This document shows, piece by piece, positions 25,990 to 37,889 of a stretch of DNA of 64,000 nt. The stretch covers positions 10,788,001-10,852,000 of the forward strand of contig NC_043012.1 of assembly GCF_006345805.1 (NCBI RefSeq), written 5' to 3'. A program made the translations under genes and the position numbers. The stretch is from Octopus sinensis (Eukaryota). Every line of letters starts with the position of its first letter. The first letter of the stretch is position 1. The notes beneath the pieces were generated by a model, which was not told the origin of the DNA, made no database searches, and worked only from the letters and a program-made list of their open reading frames with translations.

Positions 25990-28708
25990 TCACTCCGCCT
26001 TTTTAGAAATGAAGCAAGAGATAGACAGAAGTGTGTGTGTGTGTGTGTGTGAGAGAGAGACAGAGACAGACAGAGAGAGAGAGAGAGGGGGGACACACGG
26101 ACAGACATTAATCGAAGATGATTGAGAAATGAGTGAATGAATGAAAGACACCACAACCACACACACACACTGAAACACGCTTTCACACACACACACACAC
26201 GTACACACACACACACGTACACACGCACACACAGACACACACACACACTGAGACACACTTTCACACACACACACAAACACGTACACACAGACACAGACAC
26301 GCACACACATTGCGTTAATTGCAAAGCACAGCTCGACTGCATTAGTGGAGGTCAAGGTGTAAATTGCAGAGAGGTTCTGCCAAAATGGACACAAGCGTTT
26401 CCTTCAGCAGATTGAACTTTCATTCACCAAATTACCAGTTTGCATTAGATTGAGACGAAGTTTTTCTCTGGTGATGGATAATTTCACAAAAGATGGCTGT
26501 TATCTCCCATCTCTCTCTCTCTCTGCTTAAGATTATTGATGGTGATGGCGGTGATGATAAAAGGTAGTGACGGGGATGGAGGTGGTGGGTGATGCTAATG
26601 GTGATGGTGATCAGGAATGTGGTGGTGGTGGTGAGTTGGATGATGACATTAGACATTGAAAAGCAGTGTCTGTGAGAGGAGAGAGAGCGTGGTGGGGGTG
26701 AGAGAAAGAGTGAGAGAAAACAGAGAGAAAGAATGAAGGACAGACAGACAGACACGGTTTCTATAACGGCTATTTAAGGATGGATAATTATAAATTTCAC
26801 CTTAAAAACAACAACGAGAGAAAGAGAAAAACACAGAGCGAGAAGCAGAGAGAGAGACAGATAGACAGACAGAGAGAGAGGCAGACAGGGAGAGAGAGAA
26901 AGAGAGAGAGAGAGGCAGACAGACGTTAGCTGTCGGTTCATTTGATAAGAACTAATTTAAGTGTAGAAGACAATGGTAAATACTACCTTGAGACAAGAAC
27001 ATTCGATGGAAACACATTGACGGGAGGGGGGGTGAGGGGGTGGGAGATGGAATATGAACGGACATACATTTAAATACAAATACATAGATGTGTGTGAGTG
27101 TGTATATATATATATATATATATATATGAGGGGGAGAGAGGGAGAGCGTAGGGAATCTGGGTGGTTGGTAGGCGTGGCAGGAAAACAGAGAAAGCGATGC
27201 TGCAATAACAATACTTTTGACGACAACATACAATCAGAACAAAAACGACAAGAAGAACATCAACAATAGAGACATGAAAAACAAACAAAAACAAAAAAAG
27301 AAAGTAGTGAAGAACTGTAGTGGCAGGTAATAGGAGAAGGGAGGAGGAGTGATATATATATATATATGTGCGGAGATGAGCCGTCTATTGTGTATATTAA
27401 GTGGGTGTCTACGAGTATGTAGATGCGTGAGATTATGGTACAGCTATGCATGCGGAAAGGGCAGATATTGGTATAGATGGTGTCTACCTGCGGAGAAATA
27501 GCAGTCTTTGAGTTCAGTGTGTCTGTAAAGAGCTTCACACAAACACACAAATTAATTTATTTAGTCTACGGGTGCATTTATGGGGTACGTTACGTTGGGA
27601 AATCCGTATTTGTAGATAATTATTCAATGCTTACCTAACTTATAATTGTCTATAAATATGATTTCGAAACCCTAAAAAAGACATTATTATATGAACAACA
27701 TTCTCTTCAATTTGACTATGTAGGGCGTTCTTCTTTCAATTCTGACTTTCTACGCTAACTTTCGACACTACCTGTATGTGTAAAGAAGTGTATTCTCACA
27801 CAGGTAAAAAAAATATAGGAGAATATAAGATCAAACGTTCCAATGCTCACAGGATTCTCAAACAGTTATATTAATGTCAATCTGTGAAACTCATTGAAAA
27901 TTCTGTGAACATTTGATCGTTTAAACATGTTTTTTTTTTTCGAATTTTATCTTGTAACTTCTACCTCTTAAACTATTTATTTATATATTCAAAAAAATTT
28001 TTTATCATTGATAAGCAAAAGTTTGCCGAAACAGGTTTGGTATTTGAATAAATCTATTACAAAATCCAAAAGCGACTACTACACGTTTTGAGATTCAGGT
28101 GCATTTTCAAATCCCAAAAACACACACACACATTAACCGATAATGAACAAGTAACACATTTAGAATCATTATAGAACTTATAATTTACAATAGTGACAAT
28201 ACAGGTTAGTTATAAAAACAAAGTTTCTTACAGCTGTTTCAAGTTAAGTATGTGGATCATATGTTATTGAGTAAAGAATTCCACGTAAGCTAAGTATCTT
28301 GTCATCGGAGAGAGAGAGAGAGAGAGAAAGAGGGAAGGGAGTGAGAGAGAGAGTGAAGAAAATATAGAAATGCAGAATAGCCGCAAACGAGGATATTAGT
28401 AGTTTACCAGTTCTTCGAGAAACCAAGAAATTTCCAGAGTGAAAGATAGATGGCAATTGGTATTTTCATGATCGAAGAGTTAATAGAATCCTAGGTAAAA
28501 GACAACGTCAGCTGTTCCATAGGTAAAGTATCTAGGATAATCCCTGGTAGAGGATAATGGAAGATTATCAGCACCCTCCACATACATGCATATATATTCT
28601 AAGATGGAACTGATAGCTACATATATATTTTTACTCAGCACAATGTTTATATTATAAATCAAAGGTCCTTGAATGATACCAAATGTTTTTTCGTGTTCAT
28701 TATCTGTT

Positions 28709-29142
28709 ATGGCCTATGCCAGGGGCGTAACCAGCCCACTTATGCGTACCGATCACGCTCGGATGGTGCCAAGAGCACCATCCGAGCGTGATCGTTGCCA
28801 GAGCAGCCAACTGCCTTCCGTGTCAGTGGCACGTAAAAGGGCACCATTCGAGCGTGACCGTAACCAACGTCGCTTCACTGGCACCCGTGCTGGTGGCATG
28901 TGTAAAAGGATTCGAGCGAGGTCGTTGCCAGTACCGTCCGACTGGCCCCCGTGCCGGTGGCACGTAAAAAGAACCCACTACACTCTCGGAGTGGTTGGCG
29001 TTAGGAAGGGCATCCTGCTGTAGAAACTCTGCCAAATCAAGACTGGAACCTGGTGCAGCGATCTGGTTCGCCAGCCCTCAGTCAAAATCGTCCAACCCAT
29101 GCTAGCATGGAAAGCGGACGTTAAACGACGATGATGATGATT
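28709..29142 (+). mobile_element. Retroposon with (GAT)n tail, ~70-bp internal repeats and an inverted 5' segment
   Basis: Motif ggttggcgttaggaagggcatcc.gctgtagaaa, tail catggaaagcggacgttaaacgacgatgatgatga, perfect 20-bp hairpin at 28750-28794. Related 3' pieces at 40645-40785 (+), 55381-55421 and 56181-56220 (-). Confidence 0.7.
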
Positions 29143-30460
29143 TACACTGATGAACCACTTCTAACCATCTGATACACAAACGAACGGGATGGGCATGGTT
29201 AGACTGCCTTAGATCATAGGACTGCTCGATGAAAGCTGACTTGGGATTTAAGCAAAAATGACGGGAGCCTCTTCGTAGTCACTCAACCGGCAAAGAACAT
29301 TACATGCCCGTCGCTGAAGGGGTGCACTGGACGGTTCTGTCCCCCCCCCCGCCCTCACTATTCAACAGTGCACCCCCAGATTTACTCTACATTATCATTA
29401 TTACAAATTAATGGCCATCCAGAATATTCTGAAGCACCCTCAGATACCAAAGTCTGGCGAGGGGCCTGGAACATCAGCTAAATTTTACTCAAATTACACT
29501 GTAACCCCAAATGATAATATTGTGTCTGTAAATCAAAAAGACGGGGTTGCCACGGTTGGGAGTCTTTCGATGACTAAATCAGGGCTAGACTGGATAAGGA
29601 GTGGCCTGGAACGCCATTGCAATTTTTGAAGGGACCAACTCGACAAGGGACAGTAACGAATAATTATTTTCACAGGACCCAATTTTCTAAAGGGTTTGTG
29701 TTTCGGTGATGTAGGGGTGAGGAGGGGAGATAAGGTGGACACTAACACGTTTCTTCTTACGGGACCTGCAATGCTGACAGGAAGGGGACCACAGACTGGT
29801 GCCATTCTTCACACCCTATAACCCGTACCCCACCCACCCTACATAATTGATTGCAACCACTGGTACCCTTACCCAAACCCACCTCTCTCTTTCCCTTCCC
29901 TCGTTGACCCCTTTCATGCACTCCTCTCACCGTTCACTCACCTCTACATCTATTCAAACGACAACTACCCACCCATTTTCTTCTTTTTCCTCCTCCTTTC
30001 ATATACTGCCACTTCTCTCACCCAACACCTCTTACTATTCCCCACATTCCATGCGGTTCACACTCATCCTCTCACTTACACTCAATCCCTGGCCACTCTT
30101 TCATTCTATCTCTTCTTACACAACGAAAGAGTCACATGGTCGTTTATCCTGATAGAGATAGCACACAAATGTCCGTCAAATCATACCAGCTGATTGCATT
30201 AAAACACCTCAGATAATGAACTCCCCGGCTCCCTGTACATCGGAAAGACAGGATGGTCACAGGTGGGGTGTCTTTGATCCTAGGTCTGCTCCATCGAAGT
30301 TGACTTAGGGCTAAAAGGCAATGCTCCTTTCCTCTCCAATTCTCTCCTCACTCTCCTTCCTCCCATCACTCTCACTCTTCTCCACTTCAATGCTTTCTCC
30401 TCTCACCCACTACCAACATCCTTTTCTGCACTAGGTCTTCATCACAAATCATCATATATA

Positions 30461-30465
30461 CATAA

Positions 30466-30537
<72 letters not shown>

Positions 30538-30874
30538 TATATACACATATACATATATATATATATATATACACACACATATATATATATATATATATAC
30601 ACATACACATATACATATATACATACACATACATACACATACACATATACATATATACATACACATACATATATATATATATATAATACATACACATACA
30701 TATATACTATATATATATATACATACACATATACATATATATATATATATACATACATGCATATATACATACATATACATATACACATATATATACATAT
30801 ATACACATACATATACACACACATATATATACACATACATATACACACATTTATATACATATATACACACATAC

Positions 30875-30908
<34 letters not shown>

Positions 30909-31375
30909 TATATATATATACATATATATACACATACATATATAAACACACACATATATATATATATACACACACATACATATATATACACATATATACA
31001 AATATATATACATATATATATACACATACATATATATACATATATACAAATATATATACATATATATATACACATACATATATATACATATATACATATA
31101 TATACATATATACACATATATATATATATACACATACATATATACACATATATACATATATATACACATATATACAAATATATATACATATATATATACA
31201 TATATATATATATTCATATATATAAACGTGTGTATATATATATATATATATATACATATATATAAACATGTGTATATATATACATATATATACACACGTG
31301 TGTGTGTGTACATTATATATATATGTATATATATATATATATATATATAAAATGTACACACACGCACATACACAC
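30461..31375. repeat. Compound TA/CA low-complexity array
   Basis: Direct reading; explains the Y/I/H/M/V/C-rich pseudo-ORFs. Confidence 0.95.
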
Positions 31376-32587
31376 ACACATTGTGTGTGAGTATTTATTA
31401 TGTGTAGCTGTAGAGAGAGAAGGAGATGTTATAAGACAATATAATTGGTTCCAGTTACTTCCTATCAAAAACAACAAAACAATACTCCCCATCCCTTTCT
31501 CCCACCCTCAACCCACTTCCCCCTTCTCTCTCCCTCTGTCACTCCTAATACTCACTCCCACATTTTCTACCACCCTGCTCCTACCTACATCCCACCCTAC
31601 CCACATACGCACACCCATTCCTCCGTTCTTTGCAGAGATTCTTGTCTTTTCTCTCTGAAGAAACAAATCCACAACACATGTAAAGAACAACTATCAAAAG
31701 CCCTAACCGGACCCCCGCGACATCAACCCCACCCCACATACACGCACACCCCTGCACATCATCCACCCACCGACGTCATTGTCATCGACAGCAGCAAACA
31801 GCAGCAGTTGTAGGACTAAGAACACCAAACGACAAACCAACGGGTACATTGAGCAGCTCCCCGACCCACACTTAGCCACCCGATCACACACCAACTTGTA
31901 TCAACAAATACAATACAACGCAAAACAAATAAACGGGTGCATTGTTTCAGGAGGCTGAACAGGAGGAGGGATCGAATCCAATGACGACTGGGGCGGTGGG
32001 AATGGAAAAATAGTGTTGATTGGGGTGGATGGTAGTAGCAAAACAAACCCCGGATAGGAGAAATAAGGACGAGACGGGGGGGGGGGAGAAAGAAAAAGAC
32101 AAAGACGAAAACAACAAAAAGATCATATATATATATGTGTGTGTGAGGAGAGCGAGCACATTACGTAATGTAGTACAAGATACATGTGTACAAAAAAACT
32201 AAGGTAGTCAAGGGGTTGGACGATTTGGGGCATACATAGGTTGACTGAGGACTTCACCACTCTTCATATTGGATGTATGTGTTTGTGTGTTGGCGTGTGT
32301 GCGCGCGTGTTTGTACTTGTGTAAATTGGTGTATACCATGGCTCTGAAAGTTGGGTAACGGTCTAAAGGTCAACTTTGGTATTTGTTGAATAGTAATGGA
32401 TTAACTATGTACTAAAGCACTGAAAACGTAAGCAACTACAAGTATCATGCCCCAGACAGCGTGCCGTGTAGTATACTGCAATCATTCAGGCCCAAAATTA
32501 AAACACCGCTACTCCCTTTTACTTCGAGCCTGAACGATTGCAGGATTATCTACATTCGACGGATATTTGTCTTCATCTTGTTTGTTG

Positions 32588-32632
32588 TTAACACGTTTCG
32601 GCTGATATACCCTCCAGCCTTCTTCAGGTGTC
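32588..32632 (-). ncRNA. Hammerhead motif, inverted copy with a 3-nt deletion at the cleavage site
   Basis: Minus strand gacac-CTGAAGA-a-ggctg(gagggtatat)cagcc-GAAA-cgtgtt lacks 3 nt (ttg) relative to the plus copy, disrupting helix I register. Confidence 0.6.
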
Positions 32633-32717
32633 TTGGGGGAAATTTCGAACCTGGGTTCTCATTCCTAAGGTATTTTTCGATGTTCTTATTATTACTATTA
32701 TTACTATTATTATTGTT

Positions 32718-32790
32718 CAGGTCACTGCTTGGAATCGAACTCGGAATCTTGGCGTTAGTAGCCCGCGCTCCGAACCACTACGCCACGGGC
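32718..32790 (-). other. tRNA-derived Pol III head (tRNA-Arg-like, degenerate, not a functional tRNA)
   Basis: gcccgtggcgtagtggttcggagcgcgggctactaacgccaagattccgagttcgattccaagcagtgacc: A box tggcgtagtgg, B box gttcgattcc, and aagattcc as in tRNA-Arg. The anticodon stem is broken. Confidence 0.65.
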
Positions 32791-32822
32791 ATATGATGTA
32801 GTGGTTAAGAAATTTCCCCAAG

Positions 32823-32866
32823 ACACCTGAAGAAGGCTGGAGGGTACATCAGCCGAAACGTTGTGT
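32823..32866 (+). ncRNA. Minimal type I hammerhead ribozyme motif
   Basis: acac-CTGAAGA-a-ggctg(gagggtacat)cagcc-GAAA-cg-TT^gtgt: intact CUGANGA/GAAA/UH core, helix I acac/gtgt, helix II ggctg/cagcc, palindromic ACGT helix III. Predicted cleavage after 32862. Confidence 0.8.
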
Positions 32867-33679
32867 TAACAACAAACAAGATGAGGACAAATATCCGTCG
32901 AATGTAAATAGTATATATAATGTACATAATTCTTCATCTCTTAAATATAGAACTGGATTGCAGATTGTTCATGGAATGTTACAAGCTCACCAGATGACTG
33001 CACTATCTAAGCATGAAACTTTTAGTAGTTCATACTTCAGTCCTGTTTTTATAAAATTATACCTATGTCTCACGGGATGGAGTACTCTTTTTTTTTATCC
33101 TACCAACAACAGAACAGTACTGTGTGTGCGCGTGTGATATTTAAAGGAAAACTATACATCATTGCGATTAACGTTACAACTGACGTAAACAGGTTTAGCA
33201 TGATCGGCTTTACTTACATCTTACGTTCTTGGATTTGGACAAGTTTGCATGGAAAAAAATTGAAACATGAAGTTAAGGGATCAATCTTTGGTAATGGAGG
33301 AAGAAAAATTAATTTTTAATTCTTCCTCCCGCTTCTCTCTCTCTCTCTCTCTCTCTGATGAGTACAAAGTTCTAAATGCTAGATTCCGCTCCCCACTGTG
33401 CCATACAAAATTATCCAAAATCGCAAACTTCTCTCAGACCATCCCCTCGTTTCCCTATTCTCAGCCCTTTGGCTGGCATCCAAGAAGGGAAATTTACATG
33501 AAACCTTGAGGTCTAAATCCCCGTTACCATCCTGAATGTTCTTTGAGAAGATTGGGGTTGGATGCAATACAGTAGGGTTATTCATGAGGTTTTGACATTC
33601 GTTTTGCTGATGTCCTCTCCTCCACACCTTTATTGCAGAGGATGGGGAAGGAGAAAATGTGCGCGCGCGCGTTTGTGTG

Positions 33680-33920
33680 CACTCACGGGCCCTTGATCGT
33701 GGGTTTGATACCCGCACCGAGCTGCGCATTTTGTTCTTGCGCAAAAAAACGTAATCTCTCGTCGGCCCAATCCACTCAGCTGAAGATGGGGTAATCCTGC
33801 GACGGACTAGCTTTCGGATCAAGGGAATTATTAGCCTGCTCTCCTAGCTAGCAGGGTGGCATTATTCGACGGCTTAAACGATGCAAAAGCGCATTGTGAC
33901 CAGCGATGTATAACATCTTG
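33680..33920 (+). mobile_element. Degenerate SINE-like repeat
   Basis: ggtttgatacccg B-box-like motif, then ccactcagctgaagatggggtaatcctgcgacggactag, resembling conserved SINE central domains. Confidence 0.35.
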
Positions 33921-34498
33921 ACCTATAATTCCTGCATCATAACGAATGTTCATCGTATAAGTTATACTGGTAGGCAGAATGAGTTATTTAAATGCGGCCC
34001 TTAACGTTTTGAGTTCAAATCTCACCGATATCGACCTTCTTTCATCACAGAATACGGGTACCAGTGATATATTGGGAGATCAATATAATCCACGGATGCC
34101 TTCACACTCAATTCCTCACTTTGTGTTTATGTAAGAAATTATCATATACCCATGGTGTCTGGCTTTGAGAGAGAGAAAGAGAGAGAAAGAGCAAAGAGAG
34201 GAGCAGAGAGAAGTACAGAAAGCAAGACGGGGAGAGAGGAGAGAAAAAGAAGACATATATTGCAGTGATGTGCGTGTGTATGTGAGCGTGCGCGCATATG
34301 TGTGAGAGCATGCGCGCACGCGCGTATGTGTGTTATCACCGATATTATTACTGTTTGATTAACTACCTCCAGAGTCCATGCTGTGCATTATCAATATATT
34401 TACACATATTTTAGATCTCACACCTCTTTATTGGATTGAGATAGATTGTGCGCGTGTGTGCATATGTGTGTGTGTAGAGAGAGAGAGAAATGTGTGTG

Positions 34499-34546
<48 letters not shown>

Positions 34547-34867
34547 TACATATCTTATGTATATATATATACATATACACATATACATACATATCTTATG
34601 TATATATACATACATATCTTATGTATATATATATATACATACACATATACATACATATCTTATGTATATATACATACATATACACATACACACATATATA
34701 TATATATATATATACATTCACACACACACATATATACATGGAGAGAGAGAGAGAGAGAGGTGTACATATAAAGAAATGTACGTGCATGAATATATACATG
34801 CGTGTTTATATATGTGTCTATATAAATGTGAATAAGTAAATGTTTGAATATAACGTTAAAGTATGTA

Positions 34868-34899
<32 letters not shown>

Positions 34900-34990
34900 T
34901 TGTATGTAGATTTTTATGAACATATGTGCATATGGAAGTACGTATATATGTGTGTATATGGATGTGTGTGAATATGTGTACGCAGTATGA

Positions 34991-35029
<39 letters not shown>

Positions 35030-35234
35030 AATGTGTATGTATTATATGGGTGGATGTGTGTGGATGCGTTAGTATTATGGTAGTTCCAGCAATTACCAGC
35101 ATGTTGTTGCTGTCAATGTTGCAGTAACTTTGTTAACTCGCCTCATTCAATATAATTGTTATATTATTGCAATATTGGTCCCCCCGGAGGGGCGGGGGGT
35201 AGGGAATGACTTCTGAGCGGAAACATTTACGAAG

Positions 35235-35272
<38 letters not shown>

Positions 35273-35640
35273 TGTAAACATGGCTGCACATACTTCAACA
35301 TGCCATAAACACAAACACACAAAAGTGTGTCTATAGGTAAATATATTTTACATTTATACCTATGTAGGCGTATGAATGTGTGTGTGTGTGTGCGTGTAAA
35401 AATATTCGCCTGCACTTACATATGCACACCACATACATGCACACATATGCATGTGTGTAAATAGGTAAATATACTAATATACACACGTGTGTGTGTGTGT
35501 GTGCATACTGAACAGTGAGAATGAGATGGAGACGAACACCAGCGTCCTATGTGACAGGCTTGATAACTGTTATATATCTCTTAGCATGAAACCAATGGTA
35601 GCTTGGTTAACCCTCAAATAAGTGTGTGTGTGTGTATATA

Positions 35641-35673
<33 letters not shown>

Positions 35674-36254
35674 TACATATACGTCCATATATTCCTGTAT
35701 ACGTGAAGGTGTTGTGAGTGTAGGATTACTTAATGATTCTAGTGGGACAATAACGACATTTGTTGTCATGAGGTTTGCAACTACCATGCTGACACTCAAA
35801 GCGCTAAACTGTATTGGTCATTTGCACTTCTTGTTTTAATAGTCTAGAGTTCTCTCTTTAATGATCGCATCTTTAAACTGCTGTTCTTATTATATATGGC
35901 TTTTTCCAATAATGATGGAACCTATTTCTTCTGTGAAAAGGCGAAGAAAACTTTATCTGCGAGGCAGTAATTCTTAAACATCACCATCGAAAAGTGCTTA
36001 AAACTATTTCCAAGCAGAAATTACTTATTTCTGTATTGGTCCGAATAAAAACATTACTAGACAGGTACATCAACATCGGGTATCTGACTACAAATGACCT
36101 TTAAAGTTAAATCAGTGTATTTCATTTGGTTCCATAAAAACTGTCTTAGTTGTTGCACGTTTTAAAGTCCATAATTCTATTTCGAGGATCTTATTTCTTG
36201 AATGAAAGCGGTTCCTGTGTCCGTGGTCATAAGAAGCACTGAATTTCAAATTTC

Positions 36255-36412
36255 GCGCAAGCATGGTTACGTGGCTAAGAAGCTCACTTTGCAGCCACGA
36301 GGTTTTGGGTTCAGCTCCACTACACGGCACCTTGGGCAAATGTCTTCTACAATAGCCATGGGCCGACTAATGCTTTGGGAGTGAATATAGTGCGTGTATA
36401 TGTGTATGTATG

Positions 36413-36448
<36 letters not shown>

Positions 36449-36710
36449 ATATATTACATATATATATATTATATATATTACATACACACGCACACATACA
36501 TAAACGCATATGGATAAACACACACAATTATTAGTGTGTTTGCTTTTGTCCCCACCACCGTTGACAACTAGTGTTGGTTTGTTTACATCCCCGTAACTGA
36601 GTGATTCGGCAAAAGAACTGATAGAAAAAGAAAGCTGGAGTTGATTTGCTCGACTAAACCATTTAAGGTGATGCCCAAGCATTGCCGCAGGTTACTGACT
36701 GAAACGAGTG
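36255..36710 (+). mobile_element. SINE family A with expanded internal (TA)n
   Basis: Head, CORE-like segment and tail separated by ~150 bp of microsatellite. Confidence 0.7.
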
Positions 36711-37260
36711 ACAGACAGAGACAGACAGATAGATAGATAGAGAGGGTAATTAAATAATAAAAGGCGCTTTGTTAGTTTGTCATATTTAAGAAAAAATTGA
36801 CAATTAACGAGTTACAAAACAAAGGACATATCAAGGTAAGCCTCTGAACAGAAAAAGATGGGATGGTTATGTCAGGAAAGTCTTAGACAATAGGACTGTT
36901 CTATAAGCGTTGACGAGGAGTACAAGAACAACTGTTTGTTAATAGAGTTTTAAGGCTTGGGAGTTTGTGACGGCTGGCAGATATAGGAAGTTGTGAGATA
37001 AAGGGAACACTGGATGTTAATGAAATCAAGTTATTTAGCCTTAGACTAATGTGGAAAATCATTTTGCATTGTGTGGTAGGCAAGTGTCGTGAGGTAACAT
37101 AGAAACTTCAAACAATAGCGTGATTTCGATTTCTGATTAGAATCCAGTCCACACTGTTGAGGAGCTTTGGAGAAGACAGCATGAACACTACCACATCCTA
37201 TCTCACTTATCCCCCACCGCCCATTAAAATACAGGAAATTTAGCTACAAACATACATACG

Positions 37261-37361
37261 CAAAGTCGACCTCGGCAGAATTTGAACTCAGAACGTAACG
37301 GCAAACGAAATATGGCTACGCATTTCGCCCGGCGTGCTAACGTTTCTGCCAGCTCGCCGCC
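37261..37361 (-). mobile_element. Family B SINE, 5' half only
   Basis: Well-preserved head through gtcgactttg; flanked by tacaaa(c/t)atacatac. Confidence 0.75.
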
Positions 37362-37488
37362 TTATATACATACAAATATACATACCGCCGTTTGTAACTT
37401 AGAGAGGTGATCTCACGAATCTGAGAATTGGTCTCCATTCTTAGCTGAAACCATTTCACACCAATTGAAGTATCTGCAAATCAGATAC

Positions 37489-37889
37489 ACTCTTTTACTT
37501 GTTTCAGTCATGTGACTGTGGCCATGCTGGAGCACCGCCTTTAGTCGAGCAAATCAACCCCAGGACTTATTCTTTGTAAGCTTAGTACTTATTTTATCGG
37601 TCTCTTTTTGCCGAACCGCTAAGTTACGGGACGTAAACACACCAGTATCGGTTGTCAAGCGATGTTGGGGAGACAAACACAGACACACAAACACGCACAT
37701 ACACACACACACATATATATATATACATATATACGACGGGTCTTTCAGTTTCCGTCTACCAAATCCACTCACAAGGCTTTGGTCGGCCCGAGGTTATAGC
37801 AGAAGACACTTACCCAAGGTGCCACGCAGTGGGACTGAACCCGGAACCATGTGGTTCGTAAGCAAGCTACTTACCACACAGCCACTCCT
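37489..37889 (-). mobile_element. SINE family A, near full length
   Basis: Colinear with 9458-9846. Confidence 0.85.

Larger units (their letters stand above)
32544..32955. mobile_element. tRNA-headed non-autonomous retroelement with hammerhead tail, inserted as an inverted duplication (Penelope-like architecture)
   Basis: Arms 32551-32646 and 32809-32906 are reverse complements. The spacer holds a minus-strand tRNA-like head and an (AAT)n-like run. Direct repeat gattgcag at 32536-32543 and 32956-32963. Confidence 0.75.

Noticed and set aside
30387-31379. Long ORFs (up to 330 aa) rich in Y/I/M/C/V/H/T, here and at 5377-5818, 34378-34923, 53988-56205 and 63690-63996
   Set aside because: They are translations of TA/CA microsatellites, which lack stop codons; no coding complexity.
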